A stretch of DNA of 64,000 nt from a candidate division WOR-3 bacterium (lineage in GTDB: Bacteria; Hydrothermota; Hydrothermia; LBFQ01): positions 1 through 64,000 of the forward strand of contig JBDRWW010000005.1 of NCBI GenBank assembly GCA_039802605.1, written 5' to 3'. Position 1 is the stretch's first letter; every line of letters starts with the position of its first letter. The notes under the pieces are model-generated. The model saw only the letters and a list, made by a program, of their open reading frames with translations. It made no database searches and was not told the DNA's origin. This document shows, one piece after another, positions 38,963-48,939 of the stretch. Position numbers and translations under genes: made by a program.

Positions 38963-39864
38963 CCGTTATTTTTGCTTATTCGTGCAAGAAAAGAGGAGAA
39001 GGTGGAAGCGGGGGTGGGGAGGAACTCCCCTACCCCATCCTTGTGGAACAGGTCACAAATTATCAGTGTACCCCATGTAAGGGGGCAAACGAGGTTATAG
39101 ACTCCTTGGCGGATGCCCATCCCGACAAAATATTCCCAATACGCTACCATGTGAATACCCCTTACCCAGGTGATCCCCTCAACAACGAATACGCCGATAG
39201 TATGGTTTCCTTCCACGGTTTGGATTTGAGTCGTGGTGTTCCTATAACCTTAATAGGAGGTGATTTTGTGGATTACGGATATGACGATAACCAGAGGGCG
39301 GATTATGTTCAGAGGTGGTATAACAGAATAAAGGAAAAGTCCCAAACCCAACCTTACTATAATCCAACGGTTGAACTAATATACGGCGACGGCGCCATTG
39401 ATGTCAGTATTTCTCTTGATAAGCCGCTTCAAAGCGGTGATAATCCAAAGATATTCCTATCGGAATACAATGTTCCCCTACCACCCGGAAGCGAAAAACC
39501 CTATTCCAATTACGCCCTTCGCGGTATGATAAACGGTACAGGTGGAACATTTGTTGTAGATACCGCCTGGGATGTAAATAACCTTTATGTTATTTTTGCG
39601 ATCTTTAACCCCTCAAAACGGGTTGTTGGGTTAAGCAGGGTAAAGGTTTCGAACACATCAAACACCTTTACATTCTACGCTACCGACCCGGTTGTCGATA
39701 CGGTTGATTCGGGTGCAATATCTAAGTTTCATCTATATGCAAAAAACAATACAAATAAGGATCTGGTTATGACCTTAATGATTTCGGGAGTTCCGAGGTT
39801 TTGGAATACCGCCGTATGTTGGGGTATATGTATTTCGGGGAACAGGATAACGGATACCTTATAA
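38956..39864 (+). pseudogene. Omp28-related lipoprotein lacking a start codon, probably C-terminally truncated
   Basis: In-frame upstream ILAVIFAYSC lipobox preceded by TAA; VEQVTNYQCTPC, IRYH..P.PGDP. Confidence 0.6.
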
Positions 39865-39918
39865 CACCTACAACCAAAGACTCGGCGAAAGGAGTGTAAA
39901 TTTCAAGGTATATGTCAG

Positions 39919-40332
39919 ATGATTTGGATATTTATAGGATTTGTTGCAACCGATATATACGGCAACAAAGTGGATTTTGACGGCATAGTTAAAGAAAAGC
40001 ATGTGGTTTTAAACTTCTGGGCTACATGGTGCAATCACTGCGATGAGGAACTTGACAAACTAAACAAGCACTTTTCGGATAGAGACGATATCGTAATTAT
40101 AGCGATTAGTCAGGATACAAAAAGGGACATAGAAAGGGTGAAGAGTATGGCCAAATCCCACGGTTGGAAAATGCCAATAGTGATAGACGACGGTAAAAGG
40201 ATATCATCACAATTTGCCGTATTAGGCCTACCCACGGTTATAATATTTGAAAAGGGTGGGAAATTGAAGAAAAAGGTTTTCGGATACAACCCCAAGATAG
40301 TTGAAATAATAAGGGAAACCCTCAAACTGTGA
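39919..40332 (+). CDS. TlpA-family thiol:disulfide oxidoreductase
   Basis: LNFWATWCNHC, GLPT. Confidence 0.9.
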   Translation: MIWIFIGFVATDIYGNKVDFDGIVKEKHVVLNFWATWCNHCDEELDKLNKHFSDRDDIVIIAISQDTKRDIERVKSMAKSHGWKMPIVIDDGKRISSQFAVLGLPTVIIFEKGGKLKKKVFGYNPKIVEIIRETLKL

Positions 40333-41561
40333 TATTCTTTTCCATATACAATTCCTTATGGTTATCCGATAGTGTTCGCAATCTCGGTAAGATTCTATTT
40401 GATTACAATTATGGTAGTTTTGGGTTATCATGCGAGATAAGGGATTATAGGACACCATCTCCTATATATGGCGATACCTATAAACTCAATTTGTTCAAAC
40501 TTTCCGCAAAATATTTCGGAGGGGATTGGGAAATGCACTTGGGCGATAACAACATTACGGCTGGAAGGGGTTTATCGGTTTTTCTCTCATACGATGATAG
40601 GGCGCTTTTGGAGAGCTTCCTAAGGGGTGCATATTTCAGGTGGAGGTTTTTAAACCTGTACGGGGGATTAAAGAGAAAGTGGATATATTTTCAAGGGGAT
40701 AGCGATACCACATATATAGGTGGCGTAAATTTTGATTTCAAAACCTTGGGAATAAATGGAATAAGGTATTTCATAAATTCAAAGGGGGGTTATTTGATCT
40801 CGGGAAACCTGAACGCATCCTTAGGATTATTGAAGGCCTATTTGGAAGGGGCTTATAGGTTTGGATACGACCCAACGGTCTTTGCGGAGGATACCGGTTA
40901 TGGAATTTTCGGCAATTTAACATTTTCTTATGGTGACCTTTCCCTATCCCTTGAAGGTAAAAATTACAAAAGGTTGTATGTGGGATTCAATATACCGGCA
41001 CCCGCAAACGGATACGGACTTTTGCCCACAAACGCCCGTTATGAAAGGGGAGGTTCGGTATACCTGTATTATAAAACCCTATACGCCGAATTTTCAAGGG
41101 GACTTTCAACATTAAACGGCGAGAAGGTTATGGATTTTATAAAACTGCAATATTACACCAATGTTTTAAACGACTTTATAACCTTAAAGGTTTCCGCCCA
41201 TAGATTGTATTGGTTTCAAAATCTTGATGAATATTTGGCCTTTTGGGAAATCAAAACAAAAACGGAACCTTCCTTTATTGGATACTTAGAATATCGTAAA
41301 AGGAAAGGGGATGAACCCTTTGCATCTTTTTCTATACTCTATAAAGGTATAACCCTCGGAATATCCGGCAGATATTATAAATTCCAAAAGAAGAGGGATT
41401 ACCTTCTTGGAATCGCCTACGATAACTACCGCTTCTTAAGGTTATCCCTGAGTTATGGTAGTTTTTCGGGGGATATAGTTTGCTCTTCCGGTGTTTGCAG
41501 GTATGAGCCTCCCTTTAAGGGTTTTAAAGGGGAAATTCAAGTGTCTATAACCCATCCTTAG
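40329..41561 (+). CDS. Outer-membrane beta-barrel protein (DUF6029-like)
   Basis: Amphipathic aromatic strands, GRGL, C-terminal CSSGVCRYEP motif; located after TlpA and Omp28 genes. Confidence 0.6.
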   Translation: MIFFSIYNSLWLSDSVRNLGKILFDYNYGSFGLSCEIRDYRTPSPIYGDTYKLNLFKLSAKYFGGDWEMHLGDNNITAGRGLSVFLSYDDRALLESFLRGAYFRWRFLNLYGGLKRKWIYFQGDSDTTYIGGVNFDFKTLGINGIRYFINSKGGYLISGNLNASLGLLKAYLEGAYRFGYDPTVFAEDTGYGIFGNLTFSYGDLSLSLEGKNYKRLYVGFNIPAPANGYGLLPTNARYERGGSVYLYYKTLYAEFSRGLSTLNGEKVMDFIKLQYYTNVLNDFITLKVSAHRLYWFQNLDEYLAFWEIKTKTEPSFIGYLEYRKRKGDEPFASFSILYKGITLGISGRYYKFQKKRDYLLGIAYDNYRFLRLSLSYGSFSGDIVCSSGVCRYEPPFKGFKGEIQVSITHP

Positions 41562-41582
41562 CATCCTTATAATACCCATTGT

Positions 41583-42527
41583 ATGAAAAAGGTTTTATTG
41601 GTTTTCGGTTTTGCCTCGCCGTTGTTTGCCCAGCCCTTCACATATCTGGGTATAATAGATGGGCAAATGGGTGCCTTCTCGGGTAATAGGAAGGATTCTA
41701 CATATATAACGGGTTCGGGTTCTACCGTAAATACCGCCGTAAAAGCGGAAACACTATTCGTGGATCAGAGTTTCACATACATGGGCTACAACGCAAAGGG
41801 GATACAGAGAAAGGCGTATTACAACGGAAGTCCCTCGCCAATATTTGAAGACACGGTTTACGAGGTTGGCGATACTATGCACAGGTTAATGGTTGTGGGC
41901 AGGTCAAGTAGTTCAACATATGTGAAGGCGGATGTTAAAGCGCTGGTAGTTCCCTTTGTCGTCGGAAATTCCTGGACATTGGGTATAGCGGGCAACACCT
42001 ATGTGGCGGACATTGACGGGGATAACAACTGGGCGAATCCCGACACATTCGTTATAACAAAGGATTCAATGTACGTTGTGTCTATGGGTACCGTTACGGT
42101 TCCGGCCGGAACATTTGACAGCGTATATACCATAAGGTTAAGGCTTGAAGGCAGGCTTTGGTCATCACTCGTATATTCCAACACCGGAAGTTCATCCGCC
42201 GCTTGGTCGGATTCCCTTTATAGGGATTATTACATTTGGTGGAAGCCCGGCCTTGGGTATGTTAAGGATTCAATGTTCCAGTTCGCCAAATGGAGATATC
42301 TCTTTGTTACAATACGTAACTTCTCCTGGGAAACTTCCGAGTTAAACGGTTATTGGGTAGATTTGGCCGAGAAGGGGAAATATCCCGAGTTATCGGGAAA
42401 GGGATACGCGGTTATATACGATATAACGGGTAAAAAGGTGGCGGAAGGTAAAGGTAAAATCTCTCTAAGGAAGGGTATATACTTTATTGTGCAAAAGGGG
42501 AGGGTGTATAAATACATTGTGAAGTGA
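41583..42527 (+). CDS. Secreted protein with short T9SS-like CTD
   Basis: Signal MKKVLL...LFA-Q; VTVPAGTF; IYDITGKKV...LRKGIYFI. Confidence 0.7.
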   Translation: MKKVLLVFGFASPLFAQPFTYLGIIDGQMGAFSGNRKDSTYITGSGSTVNTAVKAETLFVDQSFTYMGYNAKGIQRKAYYNGSPSPIFEDTVYEVGDTMHRLMVVGRSSSSTYVKADVKALVVPFVVGNSWTLGIAGNTYVADIDGDNNWANPDTFVITKDSMYVVSMGTVTVPAGTFDSVYTIRLRLEGRLWSSLVYSNTGSSSAAWSDSLYRDYYIWWKPGLGYVKDSMFQFAKWRYLFVTIRNFSWETSELNGYWVDLAEKGKYPELSGKGYAVIYDITGKKVAEGKGKISLRKGIYFIVQKGRVYKYIVK

Positions 42528-43804
42528 GGGGAATAATCAAAGTGGCCCCCCTATGGGGGGCCGTCTTTTTCTCCTGTTTTGGTCCCAATTTTGGTGCCTA
42601 TTTCAATACATATTACAACATAGATCGTATAGTTAAAAGGATTGAAAGGCTTGAATCCTTGGGCGATACATTATTGGCAAAACCATTATACGATTCCCTT
42701 GAAACAAAATGCGCATACCTTATAAAATACTATCCCAATTCCAAATACCTACCGGATGCCGTTTTCTATTTGGGCTTAGCCTTTTCAAGAAAGGGACAAT
42801 ACGAAAAGGCCATACAGAAGTTTAGGGAGTTTTTGGAATTTTTCCCAAACCACCCTTTAAGTAATAGGGCAAAATTAGAATTGGGAAGGGTTTACGCCCT
42901 TGACCCGAGGTATACGGATTTGTCTATAAGCGTTTTGAAAGATGTAAAAAGCGATGAGGCGTATTATTGGATGGCTTATTCCTACTATCAAATCGGCGAT
43001 TACAATTCGGCCCAAGTGTATTTTGAAAAGTTAAACATAAAAGAAAAGCCTAATAAGGCAAAGAGGTATATACCTTTGGGCTTGGACATATACATTAAGG
43101 CAAACAAAGCGGATAGGGCCCAGGAACTGTTAAAAATTTATCTATCCTTAAACTTACTGCCTTCCGAAAAGAAGTTAGCAGAGGAGAAAAAGGGGGATAT
43201 ACTTTTTAGCACCAACAGGATAAAGGAGGCAATTGAAGTTTATAACTCCTTAGATTATCCGCCTAGGGGTTCGGATGACGGTAGGTTAAAGTTTAAGTTG
43301 GGTAAGGCGTATATGCTATTAGGGGATACATCAAAGGCCTTGGAAAATTACGAGATATGCTATTCATCTTCTGCTTATGAAAAGTGGGAGTGTGGATACG
43401 AGGCGGCGGGGATATATATACTAAAAGGGGATTACGATAAGGCCGCGAGGTTTTATGACGGTATATACACACAGGGTGGGGGTGAATGGAGATCAAAAGC
43501 CTTTATAAAAAAGTTGGTTTTGGATGAATGGAGGCATTTAAAGGGCAAGGATGACCCAAAATCCACTTATAGAAAGGCGGAAATTTACTATTTTCACCTG
43601 AACAGTACGGATACGGCAATGGCCATTTGGAAAAACTTATCAAAATCTTCGGATAAAGAGATCTCCATAAAAAGCGCGTTGGCGTTAATTTACGCGTATT
43701 CCCAAAAAGGCGAAAAGGATTCGGCGGAAAATGTATATCGTACGATAAGGCATGAGGTTAAGGATACTTTTCTTATTAATTGGATTCGCTCTATCATACA
43801 TTAG
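42524..43804 (+). CDS. TPR lipoprotein (BamD-like N-terminus)
   Basis: Lipobox FFSC, YFNTYYN, YPNSKY.PDA, TPR repeats. Confidence 0.7.
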   Translation: MRGIIKVAPLWGAVFFSCFGPNFGAYFNTYYNIDRIVKRIERLESLGDTLLAKPLYDSLETKCAYLIKYYPNSKYLPDAVFYLGLAFSRKGQYEKAIQKFREFLEFFPNHPLSNRAKLELGRVYALDPRYTDLSISVLKDVKSDEAYYWMAYSYYQIGDYNSAQVYFEKLNIKEKPNKAKRYIPLGLDIYIKANKADRAQELLKIYLSLNLLPSEKKLAEEKKGDILFSTNRIKEAIEVYNSLDYPPRGSDDGRLKFKLGKAYMLLGDTSKALENYEICYSSSAYEKWECGYEAAGIYILKGDYDKAARFYDGIYTQGGGEWRSKAFIKKLVLDEWRHLKGKDDPKSTYRKAEIYYFHLNSTDTAMAIWKNLSKSSDKEISIKSALALIYAYSQKGEKDSAENVYRTIRHEVKDTFLINWIRSIIH

Positions 43805-45263
43805 TTGCGTTTCAACCGGTAAAGAAACCGGCAAACTGGAAAGAATGGAGGTTTATAAACCGAACGATGTAAGGGTATTAAAATTAAAGCAAATATTTCC
43901 CAAAGAACCGAGGATAAAGGTGGGTATAGGCAAGGGCAGAATTATAAGGTTAAAAACCCTTGGAGGGTGTTCCCTTAGGGATAGCTCAACCCTTTCGGTG
44001 AATGGAGAATTCCCAACACTAACCTTTAAAGCATTAAAATCCCAAAAACCGGTAATATATCATTGGGTAATTTTAGAGGATTACCTTGACCCCACCTTGG
44101 CAAAGGCTTACCAACTCTCCTTTCCGGATGTTAAAATCCTTAAACTCGGCATATATCCGAGGTATTTTGTGGCGTTGGGGCCTTTTGAGGATTTTAAAGA
44201 AGCGTTAAGGTTTAAACATCCAAACAAAAAAGCCGTTTTTTCCATTTTAGAAAAACCATCGTCCGGCGAGATTTATGTTGAAGAATTGGATAAGGTGTTA
44301 AAATCTCCCGTGTATATAAGTTGTGCCGGATACTTCTCATACAAGGGTAATAGGTATAAAGGCGATATGATTATTATGACGGATTACGAAAATGGTTTAG
44401 TGTTGATAAACGATATAGACATAGAGGATTATTTAAGGGGTGTTATACCTTGGGAAATATCACCCTCTTATCCGGAAGAGGCATTAAAGGCCCAGGCCGT
44501 AGCCGCAAGGACACACGCGGTTGATGTCGCTGGAATAAAATGGTATCTCTTGAAAGAACCTTATGATATTACCGACGATTTTACAACACAGGTTTATAAA
44601 GGATTTACGGACTATGCAATAATTGACAGCGTTATAAATGAAACCAAAGGTATAGTTATGATGAACGGTGAAAGGTTTTCAATAGCAACATTTTTTACGA
44701 ATTGTGGGGGGGTTTTGGAAAGCGGTAGGGAATGGGGGGATAGTTTAATAAGGCCGAAAACGGATGCATTTATTGATATGAAACCCTCTTTAAGTCTTTT
44801 AAAGGTTAAAAGCGATACGAATTTTGCATGCTCACCGTCCAAGGATTTACCGAGAATTTTAAAGGTAGGCGCGGAAAGCTTTCGCTGGGAAAAAAAAGTA
44901 TCATTGACGGAAATTTCGGAAAGTATTAAAAAGAACTTTGGAGTTGATGTCGGAAGGATAAAAAGTTTAGAAGTGTTAATGAGGAGTGAAACGGGAAGGG
45001 TTAAAGAGGTAAAGGTAGTTGGGAGTAAGAATTCCTTTGTTGTCCGTGGGGATTGGAATATTAGGGTTGCACTCGGAAACTTAAAGTCATCGTATTTTAC
45101 ATTCAAGCGAAAGGGGAATTATATTTACTTTTACGGTGGTGGATGGGGGCACGGTATAGGTATGTGCCAGGTGGGGGCGGGGGTTAGGGCTTTAAAGGGT
45201 TGGAATTATGAGGAGATTTTAAAGTTTTATTACGGCAATGTTGAACTCGTAAAGGTGTGGTAA
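43752..45263 (+). CDS. SpoIID/LytB-domain lytic transglycosylase
   Basis: EDYLRGVIPWE, ALKAQAVAART, QVYKG, GWGHGIGMCQ. Confidence 0.9.
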   Translation: MRLRILFLLIGFALSYISCVSTGKETGKLERMEVYKPNDVRVLKLKQIFPKEPRIKVGIGKGRIIRLKTLGGCSLRDSSTLSVNGEFPTLTFKALKSQKPVIYHWVILEDYLDPTLAKAYQLSFPDVKILKLGIYPRYFVALGPFEDFKEALRFKHPNKKAVFSILEKPSSGEIYVEELDKVLKSPVYISCAGYFSYKGNRYKGDMIIMTDYENGLVLINDIDIEDYLRGVIPWEISPSYPEEALKAQAVAARTHAVDVAGIKWYLLKEPYDITDDFTTQVYKGFTDYAIIDSVINETKGIVMMNGERFSIATFFTNCGGVLESGREWGDSLIRPKTDAFIDMKPSLSLLKVKSDTNFACSPSKDLPRILKVGAESFRWEKKVSLTEISESIKKNFGVDVGRIKSLEVLMRSETGRVKEVKVVGSKNSFVVRGDWNIRVALGNLKSSYFTFKRKGNYIYFYGGGWGHGIGMCQVGAGVRALKGWNYEEILKFYYGNVELVKVW

Positions 45264-45290
45264 GGTTTTCAACCTTAAAATATTTAAACT

Positions 45291-45740
45291 ATGCTAATGG
45301 TTTTTTTTACCCAGGTAAGGGTTGATATAGTGGATGTTATGGGAAACTTTTTAATACTCGGTAAAAGGGAAACCTCTTCGTATGTTATAATGACCATAGG
45401 TGAAAGCGAAGCATTTTCAATAAAAGTTGCCTTGGAAAACATTCCATTTGAGAGGCCGTTATCCCACGACCTTATGAAGAGCATAATAAACCTCTCCGGC
45501 TTTAAGCCCAAAAAGGTGGTTATATACGATGTAAAGAACGGGGCATATCTGGCAAAGATCTATATGGAAAAGGGGGTATTTATATTTAAACAGACCGTTG
45601 TCCTTGACAGTAGGCCTTCGGATGCGGTTGCCTTGGCCCTAAGGTTTAAAATCCCTATATATGTTATGCCCCACCTCTTCATAAACCCCTTAGAAATCAA
45701 ACCCGACACCTTACAAAAACCAAAGGGCATTGAGGGATGA
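45291..45740 (+). CDS. Bifunctional nuclease domain protein (DUF151)
   Basis: IGESEA, RPLSHDL, DSRPSDAVALALR. Confidence 0.88.
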   Translation: MLMVFFTQVRVDIVDVMGNFLILGKRETSSYVIMTIGESEAFSIKVALENIPFERPLSHDLMKSIINLSGFKPKKVVIYDVKNGAYLAKIYMEKGVFIFKQTVVLDSRPSDAVALALRFKIPIYVMPHLFINPLEIKPDTLQKPKGIEG

Positions 45741-46576
45741 TACCTTACGAAGAGGAATTCATAAAGCATTTGATGTCCTTAGGTAGGGGTGAAAAAACCG
45801 TAGAGGCGTATCTCAGGGATATAAAAGCGCTCTCCGAATTTGCCGGGGATTTGGGGAAAGGAATAGACGAATTGGACAAAGGGGATTTCAGATTTTTCAT
45901 ACCTTACCTTCAAAACAAAGGTTTAAATCCAACAACCATTAACAGGAAGATAACCTCTATAAGGGTTTATTTTAAGTTTTTGTTAAAAAGGGGATATATT
46001 AAGAAAGACCCCACAGCTCATATCCAACGACCAAAGAATCCCAAAAGGTTTCCAAGGCCCGTTGATAAGGATAAAATTTTAGGAATTATCCTACTTTGGA
46101 ATCCGGAAAAGGATGAAGAGGTATTGGCAAAGGATATTATAATTTTGCTCTACTCCACCGGGATGAGGATAAGCGAACTCTTATCTTTAAGGGGTAGGGA
46201 CATAAACCTTTCGGATATGTCAATAGTTGTTAAGGGCAAAAGGGGCAAGTTTAGGAAGCTGCCTATTATAAAAGTCGCCTACGATGTGATTATGAAGTAC
46301 ATTAAGGGGCCAGAAGAAAAACTTTTTAACATCAGCAGGTTTAAGGCTTATAGGCTTGTTAAAAGGGCTTTTGAAAAAATCGCCAAGATCAGCGGAGTAC
46401 ATCCGCATACATTAAGGCATTCATTTGCAACCCATCTTTTGGAAAATGGGGCGGATTTAAAGAGCGTTCAAGAGTTGTTGGGACATTCAAATTTAACATC
46501 AACACAAATCTATACGAAAGTTTCTTTAAACCATATAAGGAAGGTGTATAAAAGGGTTTGGGAGGGAGAGGATTAA
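45737..46576 (+). CDS. XerC/XerD-family tyrosine recombinase
   Basis: LYSTGMRISE, GKRGK.R, HPHTLRHSFATHLL, LLGH, TQIY. Confidence 0.9.
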   Translation: MIPYEEEFIKHLMSLGRGEKTVEAYLRDIKALSEFAGDLGKGIDELDKGDFRFFIPYLQNKGLNPTTINRKITSIRVYFKFLLKRGYIKKDPTAHIQRPKNPKRFPRPVDKDKILGIILLWNPEKDEEVLAKDIIILLYSTGMRISELLSLRGRDINLSDMSIVVKGKRGKFRKLPIIKVAYDVIMKYIKGPEEKLFNISRFKAYRLVKRAFEKIAKISGVHPHTLRHSFATHLLENGADLKSVQELLGHSNLTSTQIYTKVSLNHIRKVYKRVWEGED

Positions 46577-46610
46577 AAACCTTTCAACCTTAAAATATCC
46601 GCTTTTCGGT

Positions 46611-46695
46611 GCCGGGGTGGCGGAATTGGCAGACGCGCTGGGTTCAGGACCCAGTGGGTTTTATACCCGTGCGGGTTCAAGTCCCGCCCCCGGCA
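46611..46695 (+). tRNA. tRNA-Leu(CAG), CCA not encoded
   Basis: GCCGGGG/CCCCGGC acceptor stem, CTGGG-TTCAGGA-CCCAG anticodon arm, long variable arm, GGTTCAAGTCC T arm. Confidence 0.95.
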
Positions 46696-46696
46696 T

Positions 46697-47179
46697 TTGA
46701 GGGAAATATATGGAGGGTTGGAAACGCCTTTCTATGTTTACGACAGGGAAAAGATAGAGGAAAAGTGTAACAAGCTTTTAAACGGTTTTCCGTTTGCAAA
46801 AATCCTTTATTCCGTAAAGGCAAATTCAAATCCCGAAATATTAAAAGTTATTAAAGGGTGTGGGCTTGATTTTGAGGTGGTATACCTAGTTGCAGATGCG
46901 AGGTTTATAATAAAGAGAGATTATCCTTACATCATAAGACCCGCTTTATACGGTGTAAAACATTCCATAAGGGCGTTAAAATCTTCTGTAGGTCCCGTTT
47001 TTGGGGTTTATGAATTGCCAATTATGAGGAAGGAGGATATGGTTGTTATTGAGGAGGCCGGGGCTTATGGTTATAGTATGGCCAGCAATTACAACGGTCG
47101 CCCAAAACCCGCCGAATATATGTTGGAAAACGGCGGGTTAAGGATTATCAGGCCGAGGCAGGATTATAGGGTTTTATAA
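46697..47179 (+). pseudogene. lysA: Diaminopimelate decarboxylase remnant with large in-frame deletions
   Basis: TPFYVYD, YSVKAN, RPALY, GAYGYSMASNYNGRP present in 160 aa; HIGSQ, EPGR and CES-D motifs missing. Confidence 0.8.
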
Positions 47180-47195
47180 AAAAGGAGGTAGAGGA

Positions 47196-47624
47196 TTGGA
47201 AAAGTTGGAGCACTCCACCTTGGGGGAGCACTATATAGTGGAAGCCTCGGGTTGCAACCCCGAGGTTATAGGGGATATACAAAAGGTTCAAAAGATTTTG
47301 GTTGAGGCGGCGCAAAGGGCAAGGGTCACCATATGGAATATTTCCTTTCACAGGTTTCCTCCCAATGGGGTGAGCGGTGTTATAGTAATTGCGGAATCAC
47401 ACATATCAATACACACATGGCCCGAGGTGGGGTACGCCGCCATAGACATATATACCTGCGGTGATAACGCCTTACCAGAAGAAGCGGTAAATTATGCCAT
47501 AAAGGAGTTTGGCGCAACGCACGTACATATAACGGAAATTACCCGCGGTATAGACGATGGGGATAGGATTTTCTACCATACAATAGCCACCTGGGAGGAG
47601 GCGACAAAAGAGAAGTTCTTATAA
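47196..47624 (+). CDS. speD: S-adenosylmethionine decarboxylase proenzyme
   Basis: GVSGVIVIAESHISIHTWPE, DIYTCG; AAGGAGG upstream of TTG. Confidence 0.93.
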   Translation: MEKLEHSTLGEHYIVEASGCNPEVIGDIQKVQKILVEAAQRARVTIWNISFHRFPPNGVSGVIVIAESHISIHTWPEVGYAAIDIYTCGDNALPEEAVNYAIKEFGATHVHITEITRGIDDGDRIFYHTIATWEEATKEKFL

Positions 47625-48268
47625 TTATACCCTGTTATAACTGCGTACCGGAACTTATAGAGGTTTTGGATGAATGGAAAATTTTGGGTTATGATATTTT
47701 GGTTGTGGATGACGGGTCAGAAAGTGATGTAAGGGAGGTATGTGAGAGATTTGGGGTTTATTATATCAAACTTGAAAAAAACTACGGTAAGGGATATGCC
47801 TTAAAGGAAGGTTTTAAATGGGGAATGCTTAGGGGGTATAACCTCTTTGCCACGGTTGATGGGGATAGGCAGCATAAGGCAGAAAATTTCCAAAAATTTT
47901 TAGAAGCAATAAAATCGTTTGATATTGTAATCGGAAGTAGAAGGGGTGAAATATCCCGTATGGATTTACCGAGGAAGTTATCAAACCGCATAACGAGTTC
48001 CTTTATCTCCATTATGACGGGTAAAAGGATTGAGGATTCCCAATGCGGTTATAGGCTTATAAAAAGGGAGGTTTTGGAGAAGGTTGAACTAAAAAGGAAT
48101 AGATACGACCTAGAATCGGAGCTCTTGGTAAAGGGCATTTGGATGGGTTTCAAGGTGGGTTTTGTCCCCATAAGCGTTGTAAAATCCAAAAAATCCTACA
48201 TAAAACCCCTTAGGGATATATTTTTGGCCATATCCTTAGCTTTGGAGCTGATTTTTTTGAAATCTTAG
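47591..48268 (+). CDS. Glycosyltransferase family 2 (start uncertain, upstream of the track's 47666)
   Basis: In-frame VLIIIPCYN (IIIPCYN at 47621), VVDDGS, NYGKG, DGDRQH, DSQCGYR. Confidence 0.85.
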   Translation: MGGGDKREVLIIIPCYNCVPELIEVLDEWKILGYDILVVDDGSESDVREVCERFGVYYIKLEKNYGKGYALKEGFKWGMLRGYNLFATVDGDRQHKAENFQKFLEAIKSFDIVIGSRRGEISRMDLPRKLSNRITSSFISIMTGKRIEDSQCGYRLIKREVLEKVELKRNRYDLESELLVKGIWMGFKVGFVPISVVKSKKSYIKPLRDIFLAISLALELIFLKS

Positions 48269-48939
48269 CGGGGCCTTAAATATCTCTTTATGTCCATTTT
48301 TTGGGACAACACCGCTATTGTCGTCGGCATGAGCCAAATTATTGATATGTCCGTGGAGGTATATCCGTAAAATAGCCATAAGAAAAACCATATTTCGGAT
48401 ACCGCATATATTCCAAAGGCTATAAACCTTATGGTCCATGCCCTATCGTAAAATGCGGGTGGGAATATGAGTATGGTGTTTAAAATTCCGAGGAACATAT
48501 ACAATATGTTAAAAAATGTGCCAATCCTTGAAACAAAAGCGGGTTCAATTTGGACGGCCAGATAATACGATACAAAGGGTGATAAAAGCAATAGTATAAA
48601 TATCAACATCAAATACACCCTTGACCCCTCATTCCACATATACCAAGCCGAGCCGGTAAAGAACATAAGGTAAGCACCCATATACAATGCATCGGCGATG
48701 TAGTAAAACTCTTGGGGTAATTTAAAGGAATTTATAAGGGAGTATAGGGCAAGGAATAAAAAACCACCAGCCCAGACCCTTTCAAAAACCCTACCCTCAA
48801 CAAAAGTTATAAAGGAAGATATTAGATAAACAAGCGTTCCCATTTGATATACATAGTTTTCGCTTATCTCCCTCATATAAGGTGAAACGGCCATGGCGGT
48901 TATCACAAAAATCACAAATACACCCTTAAAAACCCTCAT
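48265..48939 (-). CDS. Polytopic membrane protein, unknown function
   Basis: About 7-8 hydrophobic segments. Confidence 0.65.
   Translation of the reverse strand: MRVFKGVFVIFVITAMAVSPYMREISENYVYQMGTLVYLISSFITFVEGRVFERVWAGGFLFLALYSLINSFKLPQEFYYIADALYMGAYLMFFTGSAWYMWNEGSRVYLMLIFILLLLSPFVSYYLAVQIEPAFVSRIGTFFNILYMFLGILNTILIFPPAFYDRAWTIRFIAFGIYAVSEIWFFLWLFYGYTSTDISIIWLMPTTIAVLSQKMDIKRYLRPR

Noticed and set aside
45267..46598. 17-bp direct repeat TTTCAACCTTAAAATAT (45267-45283 and 46582-46598) as att sites
   Set aside because: Both copies are centred on the CCT-TAAAAT promoter motif at the expected distance from a gene start; shared promoter consensus explains them more simply.
45737..46695. Tyrosine recombinase next to tRNA-Leu as an integrative element
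   Set aside because: The protein looks like housekeeping XerC/D, overlaps the DUF151 gene, lies 5' of the tRNA, and I found no duplicated tRNA 3' end or cargo.
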